A stretch of 64,000 nt of DNA, from positions 18,065 through 82,064 of the forward strand of contig JANYJJ010000137.1 of assembly GCA_025358485.1 (NCBI GenBank), written 5' to 3'. Under the pieces are notes generated by a model, which was not told where the DNA came from, searched no databases, and worked only from the letters and a program-made list of their open reading frames with translations. Of the stretch, positions 19,694 to 29,498 are shown piece after piece (position 1 is the first letter of the stretch; the number at the start of each line of letters is the position of its first letter). The translations under genes were made by a program, and so were the position numbers. This stretch comes from Burkholderiales bacterium (GTDB lineage Bacteria > Pseudomonadota > Gammaproteobacteria > Burkholderiales > Burkholderiaceae_C).

Positions 19694-20455
19694 ATGAAAA
19701 CTCTAACTTTGCGACACGTCGCCCAGACCGTTCGGGCGCTGTTTGTTGGCTTGAGCGCAGCGGCTTTGCTGGGTGCTTGCAGCACCACTGAGCAGCTGTC
19801 GCCGTCAGTCACATCAATCCCATCAGCCGCGTCAGCCCCACCGAACATCAGCGAAGCCGATTGGCAAGAAGTGCGCTTGCCTGGCAAACGCGCCACTTCC
19901 TACACTTGGGAGCAGTTCGACGGCCGCCGTGCGCTGGCGGCGCGTGCGGAGTCTTCGGCCAGCATGATGCGGCGCAAATTGCTGGTGTCGCCATCGCCGT
20001 TGGGCACCTTGAACTTCAGTTGGCAAGTGCCCGAGCTGATGAACCGCGCTGATGTGAGCGGCACCGACACCGAAGACGCCTCGGCGCGCGTGCTGTTGGC
20101 CTTTGGGGGCGACGTGTCGAAGTTGCCTATGCGCACGCGCATGTTGTTCGAGTTGGCGCATGCTGTGGGTGGCGAGGAGCCGCCCTACGCCACCTTGATG
20201 TATGTGTGGGACCGCGTTGCACCCGTGGGCAGCGTGATCGTCAACCCGCGCACCGACCGCATCCGCAAGATCGTGGTCGACTCAGGGCCGGAAGGTCTGA
20301 AGCGCTGGCGCGATCACCAGCGCGATGTAGCAGCCGACTTTCGACTTGCGTTTGGCGAAGAGCCTGGGCCGCTGCTGGCGATTGCGGTGATGACGGACAG
20401 CGACAACACCAAATCAAAAACACGCGCTTGGTACGGGCCGCTCAGTTTGGATTGA
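19694..20455 (+). CDS. DUF3047-like lipoprotein
   Basis: Lipobox LLGAC. WQEVRLPGKRATSYTW...ALAARAESSASMM resembles DUF3047 (from memory). Confidence 0.6.
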   Translation: MKTLTLRHVAQTVRALFVGLSAAALLGACSTTEQLSPSVTSIPSAASAPPNISEADWQEVRLPGKRATSYTWEQFDGRRALAARAESSASMMRRKLLVSPSPLGTLNFSWQVPELMNRADVSGTDTEDASARVLLAFGGDVSKLPMRTRMLFELAHAVGGEEPPYATLMYVWDRVAPVGSVIVNPRTDRIRKIVVDSGPEGLKRWRDHQRDVAADFRLAFGEEPGPLLAIAVMTDSDNTKSKTRAWYGPLSLD

Positions 20456-20490
20456 CCCCAAGCTTTGACGCAGCGTGAATTTCCGCGCGC

Positions 20491-21720
20491 TCAAGCCACG
20501 CGAGGTTTGACGCGGCTCGCGGCTTCTTTCGCGTTCACGCGCGCCACTTCCACGTCGGCGTCAAACGCCAGCGCCACGCCCATGCGGCGCTTTTTGAAAC
20601 TTTCGGGTTTGCCAAACAAACGGATGTCGGTTTGCGGCACGCGCAGCGCGTCATTCACGCCGTCGAAGACGATGCCGTGCGCATCAACGCCGCCGTAAAT
20701 CACGGCGCTTGCCCCCGGGCTTTTCAGCGCGGTGTTGACCGGCAAACCCAGGATGGCGCGGGCGTGCAGCTCGAACTCGTTTTGCCACTGGGTGGCCATC
20801 GTCACCATGCCGGTGTCGTGCGGACGCGGGCTGACTTCGCTGAACCACACGTCGTCTCCCTTCACAAACAGCTCAACGCCAAACAAGCCCTGACCGCCGA
20901 GGTTGTCGGTGACGGTTTTGGCGATGTGCTGGGCGCGTTGCAAAGCGGCGGGACGCATGGGGTGAGGCTGCCAACTTTCGACGTAGTCACCGTTCACTTG
21001 GATGTGGCCGATGGGGTCGCAAAAGTGGGTTTCAATTTGGCCACTAGAACCCGCAGCGCGCACCGTGAGCAAAGTGATTTCGTAGTCGAAATCGATGAAG
21101 CCTTCAACGATGACGCGGCCGTGGCTGACGCGGCCACCGGCCATGGCGAAGTCCCACGCGGTTTTCACGTCAAGCGGGCCGCTGAGCTTGCTTTGGCCTT
21201 TGCCCGAGCTGCTCATCACGGGTTTGACGATGCAGGGGTAGCCGATTCCCGGCCCGCCATTGGCCCCGTCAATCGCGGCTTGCAGCTCGGCCTGCGAATT
21301 GCAAAACTTGTAGGGGCTGGTCGGCAAGCCCAAGGTTTCTGCGGCGAGTACGCGTATGCCTTCGCGGTCCATGGTCAAGCGTGCAGCGCGCGCCGTGGGG
21401 ATGACGCGCACCACGCCGGCGGCTTCCAATTCCTCCAACATGCCGGTGGCGATGGCTTCAATTTCGGGCACCACCAGCATAGGCCGCTCGGCCTCGATCA
21501 GCGCTTTCAATTGCGCCGCATCACTCATGGTGATGGTGCGCGCGTGGTGGGCCACTTGGTGGCCGGGCGCGTTGTCGTAGCGGTCTACGGCGATGGTTTC
21601 CACCCCCAAGCGCTGCAAAGCAATCAGCACCTCTTTGCCCAATTCACCGCTGCCCAGCAGCATGACTTTGGTGGCTTGGCGGCTGAGCGGAGTTCCGAAA
21701 GTGATGGCAGCTTGAGTCAT
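20491..21720 (-). CDS. purT: formate-dependent phosphoribosylglycinamide formyltransferase
   Basis: [31 protein letters not shown] parallels the E. coli PurT N-terminus. ATP-grasp body. Confidence 0.93.
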   Translation of the reverse strand: MTQAAITFGTPLSRQATKVMLLGSGELGKEVLIALQRLGVETIAVDRYDNAPGHQVAHHARTITMSDAAQLKALIEAERPMLVVPEIEAIATGMLEELEAAGVVRVIPTARAARLTMDREGIRVLAAETLGLPTSPYKFCNSQAELQAAIDGANGGPGIGYPCIVKPVMSSSGKGQSKLSGPLDVKTAWDFAMAGGRVSHGRVIVEGFIDFDYEITLLTVRAAGSSGQIETHFCDPIGHIQVNGDYVESWQPHPMRPAALQRAQHIAKTVTDNLGGQGLFGVELFVKGDDVWFSEVSPRPHDTGMVTMATQWQNEFELHARAILGLPVNTALKSPGASAVIYGGVDAHGIVFDGVNDALRVPQTDIRLFGKPESFKKRRMGVALAFDADVEVARVNAKEAASRVKPRVA

Positions 21721-21834
21721 GGTGGGGGCGTGAAAAGAAGACAAGCTGCATTGTGACGAACGCTCCTATCCGGCCTCTCTTTTTCCGTTCGTGCCAAAGC
21801 CCGGTAACGCATTCGCACGGCTCACGTGATTCAA

Positions 21835-21917
21835 GAAACAGACAGCGGCAATGCGCGGCGCGGTGCGGTGAGCTGCCACGCATCGCGAGAATTCGCAAAG
21901 CCGCTGCTGTCTGTTTC
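21835..21917. other. long imperfect hairpin in the purT/ubiA divergent intergenic region
   Basis: GAAACAGACAGCGGC ... GCCGCTGCTGTCTGTTTC (12+3 bp with a 3-nt bulge), enclosing a second ATGCG...CGCAT pairing. Confidence 0.5.
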
Positions 21918-22086
21918 ACTGCATCTGAACTTTCAACAGCTTCTTTCTCGATTTCGGAAATCGAAATTTGGGTGGCTGGTCGCCGATGGCGCTGTGTGAA
22001 CGCTGCCAAGCTTGCCAAGCTCTCGTCGCCGCTGCAACTTTCAAGTTGCCCAAACCGCGTCAATCCACGCAGCGACAATTTGCATC

Positions 22087-22986
22087 ATGACCACCCTGCC
22101 CACCGGGCCGACCAAGCCAACCCCAGCCGTGCGGTCTCGGCTGTCGCTCTACCTTGACTTGATCCGCTGGGACAGGCCTGCGGGCAGCTGCTTGCTGCTG
22201 TGGCCCACTTTGTCTGCGCTGTGGATCGCCGCCAACGGTTTCCCGGGCTGGCATTTGTTGCTGGTCTTTACGGCAGGTACGTTCCTGATGCGCAGCGCGG
22301 GTTGCGTTGTGAACGACGTGGCCGACCGCGATGTGGACAAGCACGTGAAGCGCACTGCCAACCGACCCGTCACCAGCGGTGCCATCGCTTCCAAAGCGGC
22401 TTTGCTTTTGGGTGCGGTGTTGGCGCTGTGTGCCTTTGGATTGGTGCTGACCACCAACACCGCCGCAGTGCGGTGGAGCTTTGCGGCGCTGGCGGTGACG
22501 ATTTTTTATCCGTTTACCAAACGGTTTTTTTCCATGCCGCAGGCGGTGTTGGGCGTGGCCTTCAGCTTTGGCATCCCGATGGCATTCGCAGCGGTGCAGG
22601 GCAGCGTTCCGATGTTGGCGTGGTGGCTGTTGCTGGGCAACGGGTTTTGGGTGCTGGCTTACGACACCGAGTACGCCATGGTCGACCGCGACGATGACTT
22701 GAAGGTGGGCATCAAAACATCGGCCATCACTTTGGGGCGTTTTGATGTGGTGGGTGTGATGGCGTTTTACGCGGCGTTCTTGGTCGTGTGGGCGGGCATC
22801 GGGGTGCACTTAAAGATGGGCTGGCCTTACTTTGTTGGTTTGGTGGTGGCTGGGTTGATTGCGCTTTGGCACTTCACGCTGATACGAAGCCGCTCGCGCG
22901 AGGGTTGCTTTCGCGCGTTTCGCTTGAACCACTGGTTGGGGTTTGCAGTGTTTGCAGGCGTTGTCGTTGAATCTGTGACGCGCTGA
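22087..22986 (+). CDS. ubiA: 4-hydroxybenzoate octaprenyltransferase
   Basis: LIRWDRPAG...[23 protein letters not shown]...[20 protein letters not shown] (UbiA prenyltransferase Asp-rich motifs). Confidence 0.92.
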   Translation: MTTLPTGPTKPTPAVRSRLSLYLDLIRWDRPAGSCLLLWPTLSALWIAANGFPGWHLLLVFTAGTFLMRSAGCVVNDVADRDVDKHVKRTANRPVTSGAIASKAALLLGAVLALCAFGLVLTTNTAAVRWSFAALAVTIFYPFTKRFFSMPQAVLGVAFSFGIPMAFAAVQGSVPMLAWWLLLGNGFWVLAYDTEYAMVDRDDDLKVGIKTSAITLGRFDVVGVMAFYAAFLVVWAGIGVHLKMGWPYFVGLVVAGLIALWHFTLIRSRSREGCFRAFRLNHWLGFAVFAGVVVESVTR

Positions 22987-23005
22987 TTTCGTATCAGCGT
23001 TCTTG
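22981..23005 (+). terminator. putative intrinsic terminator of ubiA
   Basis: CGCTGAT-TTCGT-ATCAGCG perfect 7-bp stem overlapping the stop codon, followed by TTCTTG. Confidence 0.5.
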
Positions 23006-23043
23006 TCAAGATAATGGCCCACCTAAATCAACACCGCTTCATC

Positions 23044-23463
23044 ATGATTTTCAAACGCGTCATCCTTCCTCTCATCGTCCTTGGCCTGTTGATCGCAGGC
23101 TACTTTTACGTCGCGCTGCAGTGGAGCTACTCCAACGGCGACCGCGCTGGATGGATTCAAAAGCTGTCGGAAAAAGGCTGGGTCTGCAAAACCTGGGAAG
23201 GCGAGATGGCGCAGGTTTCCACGCCGGGCAGCTCGGTGGTGGAAAAGTTTTTGTTCACCGTGCGCGATGACAAGGTCGCCAAAGATCTGTCGGCGCTGAT
23301 GGGCAAGCGCGTGACCTTGCACTACGAAGAAAAGGTGGGCTTGCCGGGTTCGTGCTTTGGCGACACGCGCTACTTTGTGACCAAGGCAACCGAGACGAGT
23401 GACATCTCGTTGACGCCCGGCGTGACGGTGAAGCAGTCACCGCCAGCGGCTTCAGCGCCCTGA
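23044..23463 (+). CDS. hypothetical membrane-anchored protein
   Basis: N-terminal TM helix ILPLIVLGLLIAGYFYV followed by a soluble ~110-aa domain. No family recognised. Confidence 0.6.
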   Translation: MIFKRVILPLIVLGLLIAGYFYVALQWSYSNGDRAGWIQKLSEKGWVCKTWEGEMAQVSTPGSSVVEKFLFTVRDDKVAKDLSALMGKRVTLHYEEKVGLPGSCFGDTRYFVTKATETSDISLTPGVTVKQSPPAASAP

Positions 23464-23479
23464 GGTCAAGCACACACCG

Positions 23480-24751
23480 TCAAGGGTACAAACCGCGCTC
23501 TTCGCGGGCCGTCAATATCCGCTCGCAGGCCACCGCAAACGTTGCGGTGCGCAGGGAAATTTTGTGTTGGTCGGCGGTGTCCCAGATTTTCTTCAGGGCG
23601 TCCACCATGATCTTGTCCAGGCGCAGATTGATCTCGTCCTCAGACCAAAAAAAGCTGCTGAAGTCTTGCACCCACTCGAAGTAGCTCACGGTCACGCCAC
23701 CGGCGTTGCAAATCACATCAGGCACCACCAGGATGCCGCGTGAGCCGAGCACGTCGTCGGCCTTGGGCAAGGTCGGGCCATTGGCACCTTCGAGCACCAG
23801 CTTTGCTTTGATGCGGTTGGCGCGCGCCTCGGTGATCTGACCTTCCAGTGCGGCAGGAATCAAGATGTCGCAGTCAACGTCCCAAAAACTCTCGTTGTCG
23901 ATGCGCTCGGCGTCTTTGTAGTGGCCAATGCCGCCGTCGCGCTTCAAAACTTCCATGGTGATGTTCATGTCGAATCCCTTGGGGTTCACCAAGGTGCCGG
24001 TGTGGTCTTGCACCGCCACCAGCGTGGCACCGGCTTGCACAAACAACTCGGCCGCCGCGCTGCCCACATTGCCCATGCCTTGCACCGCAATGCGCGCGCC
24101 GTTCAGGTTCAAACCGATGCGCCGTGCGGCTTCACGGCCGGTCACAAACACGCCTCGGCCGGTGGCCTTCACGCGGCCCAGTGAGCCGCCCAGGTGCAGC
24201 GGTTTGCCGGTGACCACGCCGGTGGCGGTGGTGCCGGTGTTCATGGAATAGGTGTCCATCATCCAGGCCATGATTTGGCCGTTGGTGTTCACGTCAGGCG
24301 CAGGTATGTCGCGCTGCGGGCCAATGATGATGCCGATTTCACTGGTGTAGCGGCGCGTCATGCGCTCCAGTTCCTTCAGCGACAACTTCTTCGGGTCGAC
24401 TCGGATACCGCCCTTGGCTCCACCATACGGCAGGTTCACCGCCGCGCATTTCACGGTCATCCACGCGCTGAGCGCCATCACTTCTTCCAGCGTCACGTCG
24501 GGGTGGTAGCGCACTCCCCCTTTGCCGGGGCCGCGCGACAAGTTGTGCTGCACGCGGTAGCCCTCAAAGTGCGCCACGCTGCCGTCGTCCATCTCAATGG
24601 GCACGTCAACAATCAACGCGCGCTTGGGTCGCTTCAGCGTTTCAGACCAATGCGCCAAATGCCCCAAGTAGGGCAGCACGCGGTCAACCTGCGAGAGGTA
24701 GGTGTTCCACGGACTGGTGGAGGTGGGGGTGACGTAGGACAGAAAACTCAT
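23480..24751 (-). CDS. gdhA: Glu/Leu/Phe/Val-family glutamate dehydrogenase
   Basis: [13 protein letters not shown] catalytic Lys block and GMGNVGS Rossmann motif. 423 aa. Confidence 0.9.
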   Translation of the reverse strand: MSFLSYVTPTSTSPWNTYLSQVDRVLPYLGHLAHWSETLKRPKRALIVDVPIEMDDGSVAHFEGYRVQHNLSRGPGKGGVRYHPDVTLEEVMALSAWMTVKCAAVNLPYGGAKGGIRVDPKKLSLKELERMTRRYTSEIGIIIGPQRDIPAPDVNTNGQIMAWMMDTYSMNTGTTATGVVTGKPLHLGGSLGRVKATGRGVFVTGREAARRIGLNLNGARIAVQGMGNVGSAAAELFVQAGATLVAVQDHTGTLVNPKGFDMNITMEVLKRDGGIGHYKDAERIDNESFWDVDCDILIPAALEGQITEARANRIKAKLVLEGANGPTLPKADDVLGSRGILVVPDVICNAGGVTVSYFEWVQDFSSFFWSEDEINLRLDKIMVDALKKIWDTADQHKISLRTATFAVACERILTAREERGLYP

Positions 24752-24898
24752 GCGCGGCTCCGGTGGTGTTGAGTTGGAGAACAGATGGGGGTTTGCATGG
24801 GCCGGAACTGTAGGCGCGGGCGCGGGTTTTGTGTCACTTCGGCTTATGTTTGCTTTGCATAAGGTGTGCGCGTCGGGGTTGATAGAAACTCGTCGAGG

Positions 24899-25708
24899 TT
24901 AAGCGCCAAACTCGTCGCCAAGTTCACGGGCGCGGTTTTGCGCCGCTTGAATCGCGCTGACAACGGCTGCTTTGACGCCTGCTGCCTGCATCGCCGACAG
25001 CGCCGCAAATGTGGTGCCGCCCTTCGAGGTGACTCGGTCGCGCAGCACATGTGGTGGCTCGACGGAAGCTTGTGCCAAGGCGGTCGAACCGGCAAAAGTC
25101 GCTAGCGCCAGTTGCCTGCCTTGTGCAGCGCTTAGGCCCATGTCGTCGGCGGCCTGCATCATGGCTTCGATGAAATAGAACACGTAAGCCGGGCCCGAGC
25201 CCGACAGCGCGGTGACGGCGTCTAAATCGGCTTCGTGCTCGACCCACAGCGTCTGCCCGGTGGGTGCCAAGAGCGCTTCAATTTGCAGCTTCTCAGCCGC
25301 GCTGACCGCAGCCCGCGCAAACAAACCCGAAATGCCTTGGCCGACGAGTGCGGGCGTGTTGGGCATGGCGCGCACCACGCGCTGCGAGCCCACGGCTGTC
25401 GCAATTGAATCACTGCGTATGCCGGCCATCACGCTCAAGTGCAGCGCGTGGCTCACATGCGCCGCGCACGGCGCTGCGGCGCTCGAAAAAAGTTGTGGCT
25501 TGACCGCCCAAACCACGCCATCGGCTTTTGCCAAAGTGGCATCGGCGGCAGGCAATGCACTGATGTTGAAGTCGGCCAACAGCTTGCTGCGCTGCGCCGC
25601 AAACGGCTCGACCACGATGATGGACGCGGCGTGTCGGCCGTTCTTGAGCAAGCCCCCAATGATGGCGCTGGCCATGTTGCCGCCGCCGATGAATGCGATT
25701 GTGTTCAT
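24899..25708 (-). CDS. proC: pyrroline-5-carboxylate reductase
   Basis: MNTIAFIGGGNMASAIIGGL...RVMPNTPALVGQG...VTSKGGTT motifs. Starts 13 nt after the putA stop. Confidence 0.9.
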   Translation of the reverse strand: MNTIAFIGGGNMASAIIGGLLKNGRHAASIIVVEPFAAQRSKLLADFNISALPAADATLAKADGVVWAVKPQLFSSAAAPCAAHVSHALHLSVMAGIRSDSIATAVGSQRVVRAMPNTPALVGQGISGLFARAAVSAAEKLQIEALLAPTGQTLWVEHEADLDAVTALSGSGPAYVFYFIEAMMQAADDMGLSAAQGRQLALATFAGSTALAQASVEPPHVLRDRVTSKGGTTFAALSAMQAAGVKAAVVSAIQAAQNRARELGDEFGA

Positions 25709-25721
25709 CGCTTCAGTGTAT

Positions 25722-28700
25722 TCAGTGAAGGCCCGCCAACAGCGCCGCATTGCCACCCGCAGCCGCTGTGTTGATGGTCACTGTTTGCTCGGCGCAAAAG
25801 CGCAACAGGTAGTGCGGCCCGCCTGCTTTGGGGCCGGTGCCGCTCAGGCCTTCGCCGCCAAAGGGTTGCGAGCCGACCACCGCGCCAATCATGTTGCGGT
25901 TGATGTAAACGTTGCCGATGCGCGCCTGCGCTGCCAGGCGCATAGCACGGCTGTCGATGCGGGTTTGGATGCCCAGTGTCAAGCCGTAGCCGAGGGCGTT
26001 GATTTGCTGCATGACAGCATCGACATCGCCGCTCCAACGCACGACGTGCAGAACCGGGCCGAAGATTTCTTGTTGGACTTGACTGATGGAAGCGACTTCA
26101 AAGGCGATGGGGGAGATGAGGTGCGCGGGTTGGCCCCCTCCCCTTGACGGGGAGGGTTGGGGAGAGGTGAAAGCTCCCGACACTGACCGCAAGTGTTCAA
26201 CGCTCTCACCTCCTCCCCAACCCCCCTCCGTCAAGGGGGAGGGAGCCGTGCCGATCAATTTGGCCGTCTGGTGCAAACGAGCAATGTGCTCGCTGATGCC
26301 CTCAAACGCCTCCCCATCAATCACCGGCCCCACGTCTGTTGCGAGCAACGCCGGATCGCCCACGCGAAGCTCACTCAGCGCCCCACGAATCATGTCGATC
26401 ACGCCGTCGGCGATGCCATCGTGCACGCACAACAGACGCAGCGCCGAACAGCGCTGACCGGCCGAGCGGAACGCGCTTTGCACCACGGCGTCCACCACCT
26501 GTTCAGGCAGCGCCGTGCTGTCCACGATCATGGCGTTGATGCCACCTGTCTCGGCAATCAGCGGCACCATGGCGCCGTCGCGCGCAGCCAAACTTCGGTT
26601 GATGATTTTGGCGACCGCTGTCGAGCCGGTGAAGCACACACCCGCCGTGCGCGGGTCAGCCACCAACGCCGCGCCCACCACGTCACCCGCGCCATGCAGC
26701 AGCATCAGCGCGTCGCTCGGCACGCCGCACTCCACCAACAAATCAACAAAACGCTGCGCCACAAATGGCGTTTGCTCAGCCGGTTTGGCGGCCACGCTGT
26801 TGCCCGCCACCAAGGCCGCCACCACTTGGCCTGCAAAGATGGCCAAAGGGAAATTCCACGGGCTGATGCAGATGAACACGCCGCGCCCGTGCAAGTGCAA
26901 CTCGTTGCTTTCGCCAGTGGGGCCGGGCAGCGTTTGGGTGGCCAATTTGACTTCGGCTTGGTCAGCGTAGTAGCGGCAAAAGTCCACCGCCTCGCGCACT
27001 TCTGAAACACAGTCGCCGAGTGTTTTGTGAGCTTCGTTCACCAGCAAACCGCAGAACTCGGGCATGCGTGACTCCAGCGCGTCGGCCGCGCGGCGCAGCA
27101 CGTTGGCGCGGCCTTTCAGCGGCGTGACGCTCCAGCTTTGGAAGCCTTGATGCAAGCGCGCCATGGCCGCCGTCACATCGGACGGCGTGGCCTCAATGAC
27201 TGCCTGAATGCGCGTGGCGGCAACGGCTTCCAGCAATGGCTCGCGCTGCGCGATCACGCTCAAATCAACGCCTTTGGAATTGGCGCGGCCCGTGCTGCCG
27301 TTCCATCCAAACAACTCCATCGGCTGTGCAAACGCGGCCTGCGTGGCGGGTGTCAGCGGTGACGACAACAGCGCCTGCACATTCACGGTGCTGTCGGTGA
27401 GTTGATGCACAAACGAAGAGTTGGCCCCGTTCTCTAACAAGCGCCTGACCAAGTAAGCCAACAGGTCGCGGTGCTCACCCACAGGCGCATACACACGCAC
27501 CGCAATGGCAGGGTTGCGCATCACCTCCCGGTAGATTCCTTCGCCCATGCCGTGAAGGCGCTGCAACTCGAAGTGCGCGCCTTCCGCCGCATTCGCCATG
27601 TGCATGATGGCCGCAATGGTGCCGGCGTTGTGCGTCGCAAATTGCGGGTAAATCACGTCGCTGTGCGCCAACAAATCCTGTGCGCAAGCCAGGTAGGCGA
27701 TGTCGGTGTGGTGCTTGTGGGTGAACACCGGGTAGCCGCTCAAACCCAGCTCTTGGGCGCGTTTGATTTCACCGTCCCAATACGCACCTTTGACCAAACG
27801 CACCATGAAACGCAAGCCGTGTCGCTTGGCAATGCGCGCCACTTCTTGCGTCACGTCCGGCGCACGAAGTTGGTAGGCCTGCACCGCCAAGCCAAAGCCG
27901 CGCCACTGCGGAAAGTGCGCCGCGATGCGCGCGGCCAAAGCGTCCAGCACGTCGAGCGACAGCTCCAAGCGGTCGCTCTCTTCGGCGTCGATGGTCAGGT
28001 TGAGGTTGGCCTTCGCAGCAGGTTCGATGAGCTGCCACACGCGCGGCAATAGTTCGGAAAAAACGCGGTCGCGCTGGCTGTCTTCGTAGCGTGAAAACAA
28101 GGCGCTGAGTTTGATGGAAATGCCGTCGTTCGCGGTGGGATCGCCCGCAAAGTTGCTGCTGGCCGCCACGCTGAAAATCGCGTTCAAGTACGACGCCAAA
28201 TAACGCTGCGCATCGGCCTCGGTGCGCGCGCCTTCGCCCAACATGTCGTAGCTGAAGCGCAAGCCGCGCTGCGACTTGCGGGCCGACGCGGCCTCGCCCA
28301 TTGCCTCTTTGATGTTGCGGCCCAGCACAAACTGTTTGCCCAGCAATTGAATGGCGCGCACGGTCGCGGCCACCACGGTTTGCGCACCCAGCCGCTTGAA
28401 GATGCCTGCTTCACCACTTGCACCCGCGTCGTTGTCAGGCAAGAATTTCTTCGACATGGCAATCGCACTGGCCGACAACGACGCCAGCATCTGGTGCGGC
28501 CCACCCGAGCTGGCATCGAACTGCGCATGGCCCAATTGATCGGCCGTCAGCGCGACAGCGGTTTCCAAATCCGGCACACGCAACAGCGCCTCGGCCAAGC
28601 GCATCAAAGCCAAGCCTTCGGCGCTGGAGATCGGGTACTCGCGCAGCAAACTTTCCATCGCCCAAAACGGCGGAGGGTTGTCGCGCACGGCCTGCACCCA

Positions 28701-28844
28701 AGGCGTGGCAGCTTGCATGGCGAGCGGCCAATTCAGCGCGCCTTGCAGGCCAGCCATCAGCGTTTGCAAAATGCGCAACTCGTCGCTGGGCGCGGCGGTG
28801 TAAGGCGACGGAAGGCGTGCAGCAGCTGGTGGCAGGGTAAACAT
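25722..28844 (-). CDS. putA: bifunctional proline dehydrogenase / L-glutamate-gamma-semialdehyde dehydrogenase (no RHH DNA-binding domain)
   Basis: 1040 aa with a PRODH barrel then an ALDH domain (FTGSTAVAK, EIFGPVLHVVRW, GGEGLSGTGPKAGGPHYL). Carries an in-frame repeat insertion at ~26131-26247. Confidence 0.95.
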   Translation of the reverse strand: MFTLPPAAARLPSPYTAAPSDELRILQTLMAGLQGALNWPLAMQAATPWVQAVRDNPPPFWAMESLLREYPISSAEGLALMRLAEALLRVPDLETAVALTADQLGHAQFDASSGGPHQMLASLSASAIAMSKKFLPDNDAGASGEAGIFKRLGAQTVVAATVRAIQLLGKQFVLGRNIKEAMGEAASARKSQRGLRFSYDMLGEGARTEADAQRYLASYLNAIFSVAASSNFAGDPTANDGISIKLSALFSRYEDSQRDRVFSELLPRVWQLIEPAAKANLNLTIDAEESDRLELSLDVLDALAARIAAHFPQWRGFGLAVQAYQLRAPDVTQEVARIAKRHGLRFMVRLVKGAYWDGEIKRAQELGLSGYPVFTHKHHTDIAYLACAQDLLAHSDVIYPQFATHNAGTIAAIMHMANAAEGAHFELQRLHGMGEGIYREVMRNPAIAVRVYAPVGEHRDLLAYLVRRLLENGANSSFVHQLTDSTVNVQALLSSPLTPATQAAFAQPMELFGWNGSTGRANSKGVDLSVIAQREPLLEAVAATRIQAVIEATPSDVTAAMARLHQGFQSWSVTPLKGRANVLRRAADALESRMPEFCGLLVNEAHKTLGDCVSEVREAVDFCRYYADQAEVKLATQTLPGPTGESNELHLHGRGVFICISPWNFPLAIFAGQVVAALVAGNSVAAKPAEQTPFVAQRFVDLLVECGVPSDALMLLHGAGDVVGAALVADPRTAGVCFTGSTAVAKIINRSLAARDGAMVPLIAETGGINAMIVDSTALPEQVVDAVVQSAFRSAGQRCSALRLLCVHDGIADGVIDMIRGALSELRVGDPALLATDVGPVIDGEAFEGISEHIARLHQTAKLIGTAPSPLTEGGWGGGESVEHLRSVSGAFTSPQPSPSRGGGQPAHLISPIAFEVASISQVQQEIFGPVLHVVRWSGDVDAVMQQINALGYGLTLGIQTRIDSRAMRLAAQARIGNVYINRNMIGAVVGSQPFGGEGLSGTGPKAGGPHYLLRFCAEQTVTINTAAAGGNAALLAGLH
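26131..26247. repeat. nested-palindromic ~110-nt element inserted in frame in putA
   Basis: Left arm CCCCCTCCCCTTGACGGGGAGGGTTGGGGAGAGGTGA. The right arm is its inverted copy TCACCTCCTCCCCAACCCCCCTCCGTCAAGGGGGAGGG. Each arm contains its own small palindrome. Boundaries are +/- a few nt. Confidence 0.85.
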
Positions 28845-28971
28845 AAAACGCCTTTTCTGTGGTTTCGCTTGCTAGGCTAGTGCCACCTGGCTAGGATTTG
28901 TCACCGTTTTAGTTCCACTGCGCAGCAGATTTCACACCACACCACGCCACACCACATCAAATGCACACCCC

Positions 28972-29463
28972 ATGCTCCACGACGACTTCAATTCCAACCC
29001 GCCGCCCGACATCGACAAAATCGACGCCAAAATTCTGCGCGCCTTGCAACGCGACGGCCGCATATCCAACCTGAAATTGGCAGAAGAAGTGCACTTGTCG
29101 CCCACCGCCGTTTTAGAGCGCGTCAAGCGCCTCACGCGCGAGCGTTTCATCTTGGGCTACGAGGCCCGCCTCAACCCCGACAAGCTCGGGGCCGGGATGA
29201 TGGTGTTTGTGGAAATTTTGCTAGACCGCACCGTTCACGACGTGATGGATTCCTTCAAAGCGGCCGTCCAAGTGCGCACTGAAATTTTGGAATGCCATTT
29301 GGTGGCCGGTGGTTTTGACTACCTGCTTAAAACCCGGGTGGCCAACATGGCCGCCTACCGCGCCTTCATCGGCAGCGTGATTTGGACCCTGCCCGGCGTG
29401 CGTGAAACGCGCACCTATGCGGTGATGGAAGAAGTGAAAAACACGACGGCCCTGGCAATTTGA
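28972..29463 (+). CDS. Lrp/AsnC-family transcriptional regulator (PutR-like, divergent from putA)
   Basis: IDKIDAKILRALQRDGRISNLKLAEEVHLSPTAVLERVKRL HTH plus a C-terminal RAM domain. Confidence 0.9.
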   Translation: MLHDDFNSNPPPDIDKIDAKILRALQRDGRISNLKLAEEVHLSPTAVLERVKRLTRERFILGYEARLNPDKLGAGMMVFVEILLDRTVHDVMDSFKAAVQVRTEILECHLVAGGFDYLLKTRVANMAAYRAFIGSVIWTLPGVRETRTYAVMEEVKNTTALAI

Positions 29464-29498
29464 GTTCAATTTGAGCGCGCCACTTCAAACCACCCAAC

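Noticed and set aside
21721-22086. Possible ZTP (pfl) or purine riboswitch in the purT leader
   Set aside because: I read the minus strand and found no GGGTCGTGA...CCGCCTGGGC-type pseudoknot consensus. Only a generic long hairpin is present, and that is reported separately at low interest.
28934-28958. Pentanucleotide run ACACC ACACC ACGCC ACACC ACATC upstream of the Lrp-type regulator
   Set aside because: It is short and imperfect and could be chance low complexity. There is no obvious link to PutR-type operator sequences.
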